Shown here piece after piece: positions 39,094-50,238 of a stretch of DNA of 64,000 nt. The notes beneath the pieces are model-generated. The model saw only the letters and a list, made by a program, of their open reading frames with translations, did no database searches and was not told where the DNA came from. Source of the stretch: Planctomycetota bacterium (GTDB lineage Bacteria; Planctomycetota; PLA2; JAEUHO01). The stretch lies in contig CBDCTJ010000007.1 of the NCBI GenBank assembly GCA_965222115.1, positions 2,528,001 to 2,592,000 on the forward strand, written 5' to 3'. The position numbers and the translations under genes are program-made. Each line of letters opens with the position of its first letter. Positions within the stretch are counted from its first letter, which is position 1.

Positions 39094-40506
39094 CTAGCAC
39101 TCGGGCAAGCTCACAGCCAATCCGCCTTCGCTGGTTTCTTTGTATTCGCGGCGCATATCCAGACCTGTGCGTTTCATGACGCGAATGACGCGATCGAGCG
39201 AAATGACATGTTCGCCGTCACTGTGCAGCGCCAACTGGGCCGCGCTCCACGCTTTGGCTACGCCCATGGCATTACGCTCGATACATGGTGCTTGTACGAG
39301 CCCCTTTAGTGGATCACACGTGAGGCCCAAATTGTGCTCCATGGCGATTTCGGCCGCGAACTCGACTTGTTCGCGAGAACCTCCTTGGATTTCGCACAAG
39401 GCTGCAGCGGCCATGGCGGTGGCCGTGCCAACTTCGCCCTGGCATCCGACTTCGGCGCCCGAAAGACTTGCGTGGGTCTTTACCAGCATCGCGATGGCGC
39501 CCGCGGTGGCCAACGCGCGCACGATCACTTCGTCTCTAAGCTTCATGCGATTGCGTATCTCGAATAGTACGGCAGGGAGAATGCCCGCCGCGCCGTTGGT
39601 GGGGGCCGTAACGATGCGCCCGCCCGCCGCGTTTTCTTCATTGACTGCGAACGCATATGCCTGAGCTCTTGCAATATGTTCATAGCCAGGGTCTACCGCG
39701 CGTGCGTCGCAACGCTCGAGGAGTGCTTTCGCGCGTCGGCGCATGCCAAGGCCGCCGGGGAGTTGACCCTCAACGTCAAGGCCACGCTGAATGCAGGCCA
39801 CCATTTCTTTCCAGGCACGCAGCAATGTGTTGTGAATGGGCTCGAGTCCGAGCGCTTCGTCCCATGCCATTTCGTTTCGCAGCACGACTTCGCCGAGCGT
39901 AAGATCGCGCGACGCGCCTTGAGCCATCAACGTCTGTGCATCCGAGAATGGAATTGCAGGCGGTGGACGCCTACGCGGCGCCGGTTCTCCAGCACGACGA
40001 ATCGAGCCACCACCGGGAGACAACCATGTTTCCTCAAGAATCGTATGCGTCTCGGGCTGCGGCGTATCGTCCTTCGTCCCAGTAAGTTCAAGCAGTCGAA
40101 ACCGAATGGTATTGGGATGTTCCAGCGCCACGTCCGCGCTCTCACGCCACGGGACATACTGAATCGAATCGTTCGACCAGGCGACCGTTGCCTGACTCCA
40201 ATTTGTTGAGCGTTCTGAGGCGTACCCTGCTTCGATTGTTCGGAAGGCATCGGGGTCACAGGTTTCGGGATCCCAGTCCAGCAAGCCCGCGAGAATGGCG
40301 AGATGCGTGCCGTGTCCACGCCCCGTAGCACTGAGGGATCCAAAGAGCTCAACGGTGACCTTGGCTTCGCGTACGCCAACGAGCCGTGAAATGGCTGATG
40401 CACGAAACGCACGTGCCGCGCGCATCGGTCCCAACGTGTGGCTCGAACTGGGTCCCGGTCCTACACGGTAGAGTTCGCGTAGGCTGGTGAGGATGGGGGT
40501 GGTCAT
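39094..40506 (-). CDS. sdaA: L-serine ammonia-lyase (Fe-S, single chain)
   Basis: [56 protein letters not shown] and [11 protein letters not shown] motifs. Confidence 0.96.
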   Translation of the reverse strand: MTTPILTSLRELYRVGPGPSSSHTLGPMRAARAFRASAISRLVGVREAKVTVELFGSLSATGRGHGTHLAILAGLLDWDPETCDPDAFRTIEAGYASERSTNWSQATVAWSNDSIQYVPWRESADVALEHPNTIRFRLLELTGTKDDTPQPETHTILEETWLSPGGGSIRRAGEPAPRRRPPPAIPFSDAQTLMAQGASRDLTLGEVVLRNEMAWDEALGLEPIHNTLLRAWKEMVACIQRGLDVEGQLPGGLGMRRRAKALLERCDARAVDPGYEHIARAQAYAFAVNEENAAGGRIVTAPTNGAAGILPAVLFEIRNRMKLRDEVIVRALATAGAIAMLVKTHASLSGAEVGCQGEVGTATAMAAAALCEIQGGSREQVEFAAEIAMEHNLGLTCDPLKGLVQAPCIERNAMGVAKAWSAAQLALHSDGEHVISLDRVIRVMKRTGLDMRREYKETSEGGLAVSLPEC

Positions 40507-40517
40507 GGTGGCGCAGC

Positions 40518-41783
40518 CTACTCAGTAGGCCGCAATTCAGAAGCACAGGACGACCCCGCAACGAAACCGCTGGCCCACGCCCACTGAAAATTGAATCCAC
40601 CGATGCGCCCGTCCACATCAAGAATCTCGCCAGACAGGTAGAGCCCGGCACACACTCGAGAGGCCATGGTTGCCGTGTTGGCTTCGCTGAGCGGAATGCC
40701 ACCCGCCGTGACTTCGGCAAATCGCCAGCCGCGACTGCCCAAAATCGACAACGGATGAGCGACCAGTGTATTCACCAAGCGGCGTCGCTCGACACGGGTG
40801 AGTTGATTGCCTGCTTGCGTAGCATCGACGTGCGCGAGTTGCATCAGTACGCCAGCCAATCGCTTGGGGACATGGCCCTCGATCCATTCAAGAACTGTTC
40901 CCCGTGCAATCGAACGAAGCGCATCGTCAACGTCGTCGGGCGTGAGGTCAGGAAGCCACGACACCAGCAAGCGGCAGTGAGGGTCGTCGGCACGTGTAGC
41001 ATCCACATGACGACTCATGTCCAGAACCACGGGTCCACTGATGCCGAAGTGTGTACAGAGCATTGCGCCCGTTGCACGGTGCACGTGGCGTCCCGTCGCA
41101 GTCGTCAGTGAAAGTGTCACTGGTAGGGATACACCCTGTAGCAATCGCAATGGATCCGTTTCGGGAAGCAGCAACGGGACCAGTGCGGGATATAGACGTT
41201 GCGTCGTGGTGTGGCCCAATGCGCGAGCGATTTCGTAGCCGTGGCCGTCCGAACCCGTCTTTGGAAGGCTCTGTCCCCCTGTTGCCAGCACAACGCGGCG
41301 AGCCTCAAATCGCTGTTGATCGCAATCGATCGCAAATCCCGATGTCGAACACACAATACGGTCCACGCGATTCCCAAACACGGACTGTACGCCCAATGAC
41401 GTTGCGTGCCGAATCAAGCCTGACGAGATATCTTTGGCGCGGTCCGATACGGGGAACAGCTTGCCCGTGTCCTCGCGCTTTAGCGCAATGCCCATGCGCG
41501 TAAAGAACGCGACGGTGTCGTCCACGGTGAAGCGACGGAGAACCTTGGCAATCGCGGGCCGCGTCGATCCGCAAAAGTCGTCTGCCCCAACGACTGCGTG
41601 GGTCACATTGCAACGCCCGCCGCCTGAGATGTTGATTTTGGCGCCGGGTTTTCGTGCTGAATCAAACAGCCCAATGGTGGCTTGTGGATTTTCGGTAGCA
41701 GCGGTGATCGCACACATGAGTCCCGCGGCGCCCGCGCCAATGATCGCGACGTCTAACGGATGGGGGCGGTCAGCGCTGGGCAT
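40518..41783 (-). CDS. HI0933/BaiN-family FAD-dependent oxidoreductase
   Basis: IIGAGAAG, KINISGGGRCNVT, ATGGQSLPKTGSDGHGY, THFGISGP and GEILDVDGRIGGFNFQWAWASG motifs. Confidence 0.93.
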   Translation of the reverse strand: MPSADRPHPLDVAIIGAGAAGLMCAITAATENPQATIGLFDSARKPGAKINISGGGRCNVTHAVVGADDFCGSTRPAIAKVLRRFTVDDTVAFFTRMGIALKREDTGKLFPVSDRAKDISSGLIRHATSLGVQSVFGNRVDRIVCSTSGFAIDCDQQRFEARRVVLATGGQSLPKTGSDGHGYEIARALGHTTTQRLYPALVPLLLPETDPLRLLQGVSLPVTLSLTTATGRHVHRATGAMLCTHFGISGPVVLDMSRHVDATRADDPHCRLLVSWLPDLTPDDVDDALRSIARGTVLEWIEGHVPKRLAGVLMQLAHVDATQAGNQLTRVERRRLVNTLVAHPLSILGSRGWRFAEVTAGGIPLSEANTATMASRVCAGLYLSGEILDVDGRIGGFNFQWAWASGFVAGSSCASELRPTE

Positions 41784-41828
41784 CGGCGTATTGTGATGCG
41801 ATGCGAGGGAGCGTGCACGTTGCGGTCG

Positions 41829-43283
41829 CTACATTTCCGCGTCGAGCAGTAGGGCTTCCACGGCGACGCCGCCATCACCGCGTTGATGACTGAGATCCAG
41901 ACGCGACTGATCACCCGAACGGAACAGATTGCCATCGGGACCCTCTTCCAGATCAACTACGGGCTGATGGAGCGACTTGGTCTGGCGAACCACACGCCCC
42001 GACTCGCCGGTATTGAGTCGTACGCGACTGCCAACCGGGAAAATGCCCTGAGTGAGCATGAATCGCTTGAGCAGCGTGGGCTCAAAGTGTTCCTTCATGG
42101 TCATCATGATGCGGTACGCGCGCACGGGACTCATGCGCGGTTTGTAGGGGCGTACGGCCGTGAGTGCTTCGTACACATCACAGATCTTGACAATCTTGGT
42201 GACGACCGATTGACGTGTGCGGTGTACGGCACGAGGATAGCCCTGCTGACGGATGGTGCGATGGTGACCGAACGCCGCCGCCACGGCAATCGGATCGCAA
42301 TTGACCATGTCGAGCAGAATCTCTCCGCCGTACGTCGTGTGGCGCTCCATTTCGAAACGTTCTTGATCATCGAGGCGGCCCCGCTTGTGAAGCACCTCAT
42401 ACGGAACCCACGCTTTACCCACGTCGTGGAGTAGTGCGGCGAGCCCAATTTTGTGGAGCGTCTCTTCGTCGCGCGTCAGTACACGGGCAAAGTCCAGCGC
42501 CAGAAGGCACACGCGAATGCTGTGGCCAAAGGTAAATGCATCAAATTGCTCGTAGCGACTGATGCTCATCAATCCCTTGGCATCTTCACTTAGGCACTTC
42601 AAGACATCGGCTACGAAGTTCCTCGACTCGCTGACATCAATCGCATCGCCACTGCACGCGCGGACCATGACGTCCTGCATGTGGGCAACGATACCGCTAT
42701 ACAAGTGTCGTGGAATATGAACACGTTCCATGGCAGTGGGATCGATTCCCCCTTCCACACTGCCCGACACACGGAAGCCACCCGAGTCTACGCCAATGCC
42801 ATCGCCTTCGCCTTCGGAGATGGAGTAACTTCCGAGCAACTCGATGGACGTGCAGTTCTCACTCACCAAGCGCGCATTGGATTCGATGTGATTATTCGGT
42901 GCATCGGCCGGACGCGCACCCAACAGTTCAACCAGCGAACGTAGGTCGTCCACCGATACGTCTTTGCGAAAGAGCAGGCCGCCGCTTTCCAGCCGCTTGA
43001 TGGGTTCAATCACACGTGGCGCGCTCAAACTGGCACCCAGCAACGGGCGCTGGTTGTAGAACAAGAAGCCGTCCGCGATACCAAATACCAATTCATCCAA
43101 GTTTTCTTTGGCGAGTAGGGCGCGGTGCATGTCGGCCAGGGCGCGTAGTGATGTGAGCACACGCGGGTGATCGCGCCAATAGATGCGCGCGTTGGTCACA
43201 CACACCACAAGTTGATCGATAAATTCACTGGCGCCGACCGGTTGGTCCTCGGTTGCGATGCCGTGATGATGGAGTTCACACAT
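41829..43283 (-). CDS. HD-GYP domain cyclic-dinucleotide phosphodiesterase
   Basis: TFGHSIRV, LLHDVGK, HH....QGYP and ICDVYEALTAVRPYK motifs. Confidence 0.9.
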   Translation of the reverse strand: MCELHHHGIATEDQPVGASEFIDQLVVCVTNARIYWRDHPRVLTSLRALADMHRALLAKENLDELVFGIADGFLFYNQRPLLGASLSAPRVIEPIKRLESGGLLFRKDVSVDDLRSLVELLGARPADAPNNHIESNARLVSENCTSIELLGSYSISEGEGDGIGVDSGGFRVSGSVEGGIDPTAMERVHIPRHLYSGIVAHMQDVMVRACSGDAIDVSESRNFVADVLKCLSEDAKGLMSISRYEQFDAFTFGHSIRVCLLALDFARVLTRDEETLHKIGLAALLHDVGKAWVPYEVLHKRGRLDDQERFEMERHTTYGGEILLDMVNCDPIAVAAAFGHHRTIRQQGYPRAVHRTRQSVVTKIVKICDVYEALTAVRPYKPRMSPVRAYRIMMTMKEHFEPTLLKRFMLTQGIFPVGSRVRLNTGESGRVVRQTKSLHQPVVDLEEGPDGNLFRSGDQSRLDLSHQRGDGGVAVEALLLDAEM

Positions 43284-43287
43284 GGGC

Positions 43288-45456
43288 TTAGATTTCCGCC
43301 GAGGGTTGAGCCGCGCTCTCGCGCATCGCTTGCAACACATAGCGTGCGGCGTCTCGAATGTCCTTGTGCTCTCGCTTCCAGAACGTGGGAAAGGCGCCCC
43401 ACGAAAGCAGTTCGCGTAGCACGGGTTCGGCCAAACTGGCGTCGTGGGCGGCAAGCAAATGAATGGCCTGCAGACGCCGATGATGCATGTGGTCGAGGCC
43501 TTTGGCGCTGCGCACCACGTTGCACAGGGCCAGCGTGGACACACGCGACATCAAGGCGATCTGAGACTCGCTGGGCGTCGTGTCCAGGGCCGCGCGCAAC
43601 CACTCTACCGACCATGCCGATGGCTGATCCACGACTTTGAGCACGGAACGCAAGACGGATCGCGAGTCATGATGCTGCAAAAAATTGACAATGGCATCGC
43701 GGTAGCGCGAGCCGTCTACTCGGGCAAGCATGCTCACAAACGGTGTGCTGTCTATGTGACTCAGCGAGAAGATCAGCTCGGGTCGCGGATCGGATGCGAG
43801 ACCATCACCCAGGGTGAGTTGCTTTTCGGCCGTGAGCAATCGCTGCGGACCCAGCTGCTTGACAACATCGAGCAGCTCGCGCGATTCATCGGCGTTGGTT
43901 AGATCGAGGGAATCAAAGTAGGTGACAAAGTGCTTAGGGAACTGCGAAACGGCGTTGGCCGACGTCAAGACACCGAATTCACGCAGTAGGCGCGTGCGAT
44001 CGCCACGCCTGAAGAGTCGAAACAGGCGGTCCTGCGCCAGAATGCGTTCCTCAGGAAGGGGTTGATTACCGGCGTCTTCGTTTTCCGTGGCGTCTGACCA
44101 GAAGTAGTCCACGTACTGCCGCAGGACACCGCGCTCTTCGGGACCAAGATTGTCCAGCAGCGGATCCAGCGCATCGATCAGTGCGGTGGACTTGGCGCTC
44201 TCCTCCGCCGACACCAGGTAGTGCAACAAGACGCCGATCTGCTCGGCGCGAATATCCACCTCAACTGAGGAAATTGGCTTCACGCGTTCTTGGGGCAACT
44301 TCTCAAGTTCTTTGAGAAACGAAGCCACATCGTCGGTGATTTGGTCGTCGCCGGCGTGGCCGGCCCTCTTGGGGTCGTGTTCGACTTTTTCTTGTTTGGA
44401 CCAACGCTCGAAATGATTGCCGCCCAATACGGGGGCCGCACCGTCTACCCGCATGAAGAGTTGGCGCGATACCGAGGCGATCAAGGTACCCAGCGTGTTT
44501 TCGCTTAGCGCGTCCTCCAACTCGTTTGCTTCATCTTGCCAAACGATGCGGTCCTCAAGATTCTCAAGAACGCTTTCGGCAACCCGTCGCGCCGTATCTT
44601 CCGCTGCCAACAGGCGACTTCCCATGTGCTGCACAATGCGGCGGACAAGGCGCTTGCCGTCAATACTCAGTTCCGGGGCAATGTCGTCGTCGATCTCTTC
44701 CAACAACTCTTCGCGCATGCGATCAATCGACGCCTGCGATCGATCGGCAAACGGATCGGACGTGTCGGATGCGGCGGCTGCCTGAAGCGTGTCTTGGTTG
44801 TTCTTGTGAAAGCGCTCGATGAGCCACACACGCACAGCGACGTCGCGGCTCTCCCACAACGACCGCGCAAGACGGGACTCAGGCGTGTCTTCTTCGAGGA
44901 AAGCATCGCCGTCGCCCCACGAGCGTATCGGTTTGGCCTCTTCGAGTTCAACTTCGCGCTTGGACTTGGTGTCGCGGCGGAATCCTCCGGCAAAGCGACG
45001 TTGAATCAGTTCGATGCCGAGATAGCGTTCAGGCCATAGCGATCCAAATTCGCTGTCGCCACCAATGCGCATGTGATTGCCGAGCAGGCGTTTGGTGAAC
45101 GCCACCAAACGCTCTCGATCGACATCGGGCAAAAAGCCAACGCCAGCCAAGGCGCCGCGTTCCACGCGCGATCGTAGCCACGTCAGATTGGTGTTGGGGC
45201 GCGGCGTGTGCAGGTGTTGACCCAGAAGGACTTGACTCCCCGTAAAGATCACGCGCACATGACCACCGGCATCGGTGTGTCCGGCGGCACTCGATTCCGT
45301 CAAGGCTTGTTGCAGGGCGTCCAGGGCGCGCCCCACTCGCACATTGGCCTCGGGGTAGATGGCCATTGCTTTGGTAAAATCCGCCCAGCGCTCCGCTACG
45401 GCGAGCAGCGGTTTGGGCGGAGCGTCGGCAGGAGAAATGGTCTTGGGCAGATTCAT
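43288..45456 (-). CDS. Large helical protein, partner of the HD-GYP gene
   Basis: N-terminal AMAIYPEANVRV domain resembles the HD-GYP N-terminus (NARIYWRDHPRV); helical/HEAT-like C-terminus; 4-bp gap to the HD-GYP gene. Confidence 0.6.
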   Translation of the reverse strand: MNLPKTISPADAPPKPLLAVAERWADFTKAMAIYPEANVRVGRALDALQQALTESSAAGHTDAGGHVRVIFTGSQVLLGQHLHTPRPNTNLTWLRSRVERGALAGVGFLPDVDRERLVAFTKRLLGNHMRIGGDSEFGSLWPERYLGIELIQRRFAGGFRRDTKSKREVELEEAKPIRSWGDGDAFLEEDTPESRLARSLWESRDVAVRVWLIERFHKNNQDTLQAAAASDTSDPFADRSQASIDRMREELLEEIDDDIAPELSIDGKRLVRRIVQHMGSRLLAAEDTARRVAESVLENLEDRIVWQDEANELEDALSENTLGTLIASVSRQLFMRVDGAAPVLGGNHFERWSKQEKVEHDPKRAGHAGDDQITDDVASFLKELEKLPQERVKPISSVEVDIRAEQIGVLLHYLVSAEESAKSTALIDALDPLLDNLGPEERGVLRQYVDYFWSDATENEDAGNQPLPEERILAQDRLFRLFRRGDRTRLLREFGVLTSANAVSQFPKHFVTYFDSLDLTNADESRELLDVVKQLGPQRLLTAEKQLTLGDGLASDPRPELIFSLSHIDSTPFVSMLARVDGSRYRDAIVNFLQHHDSRSVLRSVLKVVDQPSAWSVEWLRAALDTTPSESQIALMSRVSTLALCNVVRSAKGLDHMHHRRLQAIHLLAAHDASLAEPVLRELLSWGAFPTFWKREHKDIRDAARYVLQAMRESAAQPSAEI

Positions 45457-45614
45457 CCGTGTCTCACGGCGACTGCGTATGCCGCCACTATTTCTTCGGC
45501 GGTTCCTCATTCTCGGTCGTAGCGGAAAGCCCACCGGTCGGCGTTTTTTAGTATTTTGTACGCCGATCTGGGCGCGAAGGCACAGAGCCCGTCCCCCGGA
45601 TCCTGAGGTTGCTC

Positions 45615-48212
45615 CTATGCGGCGCGAACGAATGCGTCGCGGATGCCTAAAACGTTCTCCCACCGACGGATGACGAGGTCCGCGAGGAAGAGGAGCAATG
45701 CGAGGCCCAGGCACAGGGGCACAAGGTCGCGCGTGCGTACGCGGCCCGCCGGTAGGGGGGCCATCGTGAGGTTGTCGTTTCCACGCAGCATGCCGCCACA
45801 GGTTGACACAATGCGATTTGCCAGGACTTCGTTGACCCGATTGGAGACGACTTCGGTCGATGTTTCATGGACGAGGCCTGCGGACACGATCTCGGCGCCG
45901 GCCCGCGCGCGAACGAGATAGATCCCAGGGCGGCTTGGGACAAACGAACCTCGATAGCGCCCGGGGCCCGCTTGAGCGAGCGTATCCTCCGACACCTTCT
46001 CCATGCTCGAGCCGAGGGCGCCACGCGGGACGTAGTAGATCGTTGCGCGCACGTCGGCCGCGTTCTTAAACGAAGCGGCGTCTTCTAAGAGGTCCACAAT
46101 GATCTGGGCCTTACCCGATTCGCGTGCAATGCGCACATCCATGGTGCGTCCCTGGGGATTGCGCGCCATTTCGCGCAAGACTTGGCCCCAGAATTGGCCG
46201 TAGCCTTCCCAGCCCGAAACCCATAGCGCAGCCCAACGTGATTTGCAATCCGACGTAAACGCCGTGACCTTCCCAAGTCCGTATCGCCAGTGAGCAAGCA
46301 GCGGGTCGCCAATATCGGTTACCAGTGGCACCTGGCTGGTGGCTTTGGGAAGCGTGCGAACGTAACCAAGGAGCGAAGGCGCTTGATCGGCGTCCCAACC
46401 CGCCAGCATGGCATGGCGTTCCACCTGCTGGGGCTTGAAGGCCTGCTCCCGTACCATCTTGCCCAAGTGGGTGGCCGCGTCTTGGCTGAAGATCTTCGGA
46501 ATGCTAGAGGGATCCACCGTGGCGTAGTGCTTTCCACCGCCCGCTTGCGCGATGCGTTGCAACAACTGATTGTCGGCGCCATGACCCACGCCCACGGCGG
46601 ACACGGTCATACCTTCTGAGTTCATCGTTTGTGCCAGTTGCTCGTAGCCGGCGCCTTGCGAGTGGCCGTCGGTCAACACGATCATGTGCTTGACGCGTGC
46701 GCGCGTGTTCTTGAGTCCCTCGTAGCCCATCGACATGCCGGGGTAAATGTTGGTGCCGCCGCCGGCCGACAACGAGGCGATGCGGCGCTCAATCTCGCCC
46801 TTACGACCCGCGCGCATTACGGGAACCACCCACGAGGCACTGCCTGAGAATGCCACCACGCCAATGTAGTCCTTGCGACTCAACATTTCGGACGTGCCAA
46901 TGGCTGCGGCTTTACAGATGTCGATTTTGCCGCCGCCCATGGACCCCGATCGATCGATGACGAGCACAAGCGCGGTTGAATAGCGCTCCTCTTTGTCAGG
47001 CGGTTGCATGCGAACGGGCAAGATGTCTTCAATGGCCGTTCTGTAGTACCCGCCAACGCCAAAGGAGTTGACGCCACCAATCATGAGAAAGCCACCGCCC
47101 AGCTGCTCGACGTAATCCTGAACGAGTGTCATGGTGCGTTCCGGGAGGCGAAATGCCGCTACATCGGAAAACACAATGCCATCAAATACCGCCAACTCTT
47201 CAAGCGATTGAGGAATCGACTCCGGAGGGCGCACAACGAGTCGAATGCCCTCTTCTTGCATAGCATCAGGCAAGAAGTGGCCCTGTTCCGCATCACCTTC
47301 CACCAACAAAAGAAGCGGGCGTCCGCGAACTTCAACCAACGCCATGGCTTCGTTGTTCTGCGGAATTTCGTCGGTGCGATCGTCTTCAAAGCGGGCCAAG
47401 TAACGATAGAGATTGCGCTCCTCGGGCGTACGCGAAAAGGTCACGTTGCCGTCTTCGCCCGCTTTGAGCGTGACGGGTTTGCTGGCGACTTGCACGCCGT
47501 TCTCAAAAAAGAGGACGCTGCCCTTCGTGTCGTAATTGCTTTGGAGCTCTACCGTAAATTTCAGCGTGGCGCCTTCATGCGATCGTGCTTTGCTCGAACG
47601 CAAACGCACAATGCGCGCATCGGGGCGAGCCTCACCCTTTACGGCCACTACGTCAACGACCACGCCGCCAATACCCAGATCGCGGGCCGCCTCTTCGGCG
47701 TCGCCCTGCGTCTCAACAGCATCACTTACGACAACGATGCGACGTGCCACACCGGGTGGAAATAGGCCGGCCGCGAGAGACAGTCCCGCCGACAGGTCCG
47801 TGGCATGGCCCTGATCGCGCTGAAAGGCATCGTCTGGTACAAAGGAGACAGCGTCCTTCGTGGGGGGAATTAACACTTTCGGTGAAGCGGCAAAGGCCAA
47901 TGCCCCAACAAAAGCACCATCGGGGATGTGATCGAGCAGCGTAGTGACGCGTTCGGTCGCTCGCCGTAGGCCGGCTTCCCCAAGGCTCTTGCTGTGATCG
48001 ACCAAGAAGATCACCGCTTGCTCTTCGCTCGTCTCGTCGACACTGGGCATGGCAAGTGCAAGGATCAACAACGAAAGAAGCGCGGAACGCACAATGAGCA
48101 GGAGTTTCTTACGCTCGGGGCTCATGGGGTGAACCGATCGCTTGGCGGCCCACATGACCAGCAAGACCGCGGGGACGATGAGCAATAGAAGCGCGGGATG
48201 TTCGAAGCTCAA
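45615..48212 (-). CDS. Membrane protein with two vWA domains and a glutamine-amidotransferase-like domain
   Basis: BatA-like N-terminal TMs; DHSKS and DRSGSM MIDAS motifs; GGGFLMIGGVNSFGVGGY; HWRYGLGKV; C-terminal TM. Confidence 0.88.
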   Translation of the reverse strand: MSFEHPALLLLIVPAVLLVMWAAKRSVHPMSPERKKLLLIVRSALLSLLILALAMPSVDETSEEQAVIFLVDHSKSLGEAGLRRATERVTTLLDHIPDGAFVGALAFAASPKVLIPPTKDAVSFVPDDAFQRDQGHATDLSAGLSLAAGLFPPGVARRIVVVSDAVETQGDAEEAARDLGIGGVVVDVVAVKGEARPDARIVRLRSSKARSHEGATLKFTVELQSNYDTKGSVLFFENGVQVASKPVTLKAGEDGNVTFSRTPEERNLYRYLARFEDDRTDEIPQNNEAMALVEVRGRPLLLLVEGDAEQGHFLPDAMQEEGIRLVVRPPESIPQSLEELAVFDGIVFSDVAAFRLPERTMTLVQDYVEQLGGGFLMIGGVNSFGVGGYYRTAIEDILPVRMQPPDKEERYSTALVLVIDRSGSMGGGKIDICKAAAIGTSEMLSRKDYIGVVAFSGSASWVVPVMRAGRKGEIERRIASLSAGGGTNIYPGMSMGYEGLKNTRARVKHMIVLTDGHSQGAGYEQLAQTMNSEGMTVSAVGVGHGADNQLLQRIAQAGGGKHYATVDPSSIPKIFSQDAATHLGKMVREQAFKPQQVERHAMLAGWDADQAPSLLGYVRTLPKATSQVPLVTDIGDPLLAHWRYGLGKVTAFTSDCKSRWAALWVSGWEGYGQFWGQVLREMARNPQGRTMDVRIARESGKAQIIVDLLEDAASFKNAADVRATIYYVPRGALGSSMEKVSEDTLAQAGPGRYRGSFVPSRPGIYLVRARAGAEIVSAGLVHETSTEVVSNRVNEVLANRIVSTCGGMLRGNDNLTMAPLPAGRVRTRDLVPLCLGLALLLFLADLVIRRWENVLGIRDAFVRAA

Positions 48213-48261
48213 CTACATCCCTCCCAAAATCGGAGGTGCGCCATGGGTTGTTGTGTGGCCA

Positions 48262-50229
48262 TCAGAACATGCTCCAGCGATGAAAGAGCCACGCCTCGCC
48301 AATCAACAGCAAGAGCAAAATCCAAATCAGGTGCGGGCGCAAGTCGCCCTGAAACCATGAGGATCCTCCAACCGTTGCCTCGTGTTGCTCGACGTCGGTT
48401 TCGGCCGTTGGCGGCATCGTTTCTGAATGTGAGAGTAGCGCGGCACTGCCGCGACGATCCCCAACTTGCCAGGCGCCAACGGATGTAAGCTCCAGCAACG
48501 CGCCCGAAGCCGTGGCCTGCGTCTCCTTGAGTGCGCCATGTGCATCGGGAATCAACCAGCGGACGTCTCGTGCCCCGTCATTGGCATCTGCCACGTCGAG
48601 CACGTCTCCGGTACGTCGATAGGTTGAGCGGGTTGGATCGTCGTCTTTCTGGCAACACCAAAGAATTGCGTTGCCGAGTAGCAGCGGGTAAGCGGGCGTA
48701 AACGGTAAGGACTCAGAACGCTCCGCGGAGAATCCCATGACCACAACGCGTTGCCCACGAACATCACCGGCGACAAGGAGCGGGCCGTTCGGGCCAAGCC
48801 ATAGCGGCGTCATGGGTCCGTCGCCCTCGAGCACTGTGGTTTGCGTGAGCGCCACGCGTTCGCTGGCAACGCCATAGAGCAATGGATGATCCTGGTTGAT
48901 TGCCCGCAGGTGATCTACCGGAAGACCGTCGCCCGACAGTGCTGCCGCTTCAATGGGTCCTATGGACCCCGTGGGACGCAGCACAATCGCCGGGACGTTC
49001 GTTGGCCACGTAGGCGGCAGCCATCCGTCAAAGAGCACCACGTCAACGTCGTCGCCCACTGGCTTTTCCGCGTAGGGCCACCCCGCGGGCTCCATTTCGA
49101 ACCCCTCGACTTCGCCGCCATCCATGAACGATTGCAACGCAATCTGTGTGAACGGATCGGGGTTGTCTCGCACCCACAGCACATTGAGGGGCTTACGTGG
49201 AGGCAGAGGCGCGACGACGCGGTTGTCGGACGCCAGTGCGTCGCCGGGTGTCTTTAGGTGGAACTGAACCGTATCGCCCGCTTGCCCTTCAATGGGAATC
49301 ATCAACCGAACGGGTTCGCCGGGTGGAATCGATACCTCGCGAAGTGCAACCAGTTCTTTGTCGAGGCGCACGTCCAACGAACAGGCGAGCGGCTTGTCAT
49401 CGGTACCCTGTCCGCGCAATTCAACGAAGGCTTCAAAGCGCCCGTGTTCAAGCGGAAGCGGTCGCATAGAAAACGCCGTAATGCCGGCATTGACGACTGC
49501 CGTGTCACCAATCACAAGTTGCGCGAATTCTACATCGTCCGAAAGGCCGAAATAGTGTTCTAGCGACAGTGCCTTCGGCTCCTGATCGGGTGCGTCAGTG
49601 CCTTCGATTGCAGTGCCTGAGGATTCACGTTTCGGCATGGCGAACGAGCGATCCGAAATGTGTAGAATCCGTGCGGGTTTCACCATACCCGCCAGTCGCC
49701 CAGCAAGTCGGAGGGCGCGTTCGGGATCACCGGCAACCGGTCGCGTTTCAAGCCCTCGGAGCGCCCGGCGAAATTCGCGCCGATCCAAACTGTGGGGCAC
49801 CAAAATTTCGGGCCGCTTGTCGTAACGCATAAGCAAGAGACTCGTGCCCGCGCCCAACGCAGCGATCCGGCGTTCGATTTCCTGCTTGGCCGCGTCCATG
49901 CGCGTGCGTCCTTCTGCGTCTTTCATGGCCATGGAGGCGGAGCCATCCAACACAACCACCATGCCGTTCCAACTTCCCGCCGCGGGTGACGCGATGAGTC
50001 GGCTCAATCCAAAGACGATGCACGCCAACGTAAGCACGGCAAAGAGCACGGCGAGCAGCTTCTTTAGCCGACGCAGCCAGGGCGACTCTTGGTACACCAC
50101 CGCCAACGACTTGAAGAAGGGTAGTGTGCTCACGCGCACGCGTTGGGGGCGACGCTTGAACACAAATAGCAAGATCGCCGGAACGATCAACCAAAGCAGA
50201 GCAAGTAGGGCGGGTGAAGCGAATCGCAT
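48262..50229 (-). CDS. BatA-domain / vWA-domain membrane protein
   Basis: MRFASPALLALL...P..LL BatA N-terminus; VLDGSASM MIDAS; C-terminal TM (LLLLIGEAWL). Confidence 0.88.
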   Translation of the reverse strand: MRFASPALLALLWLIVPAILLFVFKRRPQRVRVSTLPFFKSLAVVYQESPWLRRLKKLLAVLFAVLTLACIVFGLSRLIASPAAGSWNGMVVVLDGSASMAMKDAEGRTRMDAAKQEIERRIAALGAGTSLLLMRYDKRPEILVPHSLDRREFRRALRGLETRPVAGDPERALRLAGRLAGMVKPARILHISDRSFAMPKRESSGTAIEGTDAPDQEPKALSLEHYFGLSDDVEFAQLVIGDTAVVNAGITAFSMRPLPLEHGRFEAFVELRGQGTDDKPLACSLDVRLDKELVALREVSIPPGEPVRLMIPIEGQAGDTVQFHLKTPGDALASDNRVVAPLPPRKPLNVLWVRDNPDPFTQIALQSFMDGGEVEGFEMEPAGWPYAEKPVGDDVDVVLFDGWLPPTWPTNVPAIVLRPTGSIGPIEAAALSGDGLPVDHLRAINQDHPLLYGVASERVALTQTTVLEGDGPMTPLWLGPNGPLLVAGDVRGQRVVVMGFSAERSESLPFTPAYPLLLGNAILWCCQKDDDPTRSTYRRTGDVLDVADANDGARDVRWLIPDAHGALKETQATASGALLELTSVGAWQVGDRRGSAALLSHSETMPPTAETDVEQHEATVGGSSWFQGDLRPHLIWILLLLLIGEAWLFHRWSMF

Positions 50230-50238
50230 GCCTAGGAA

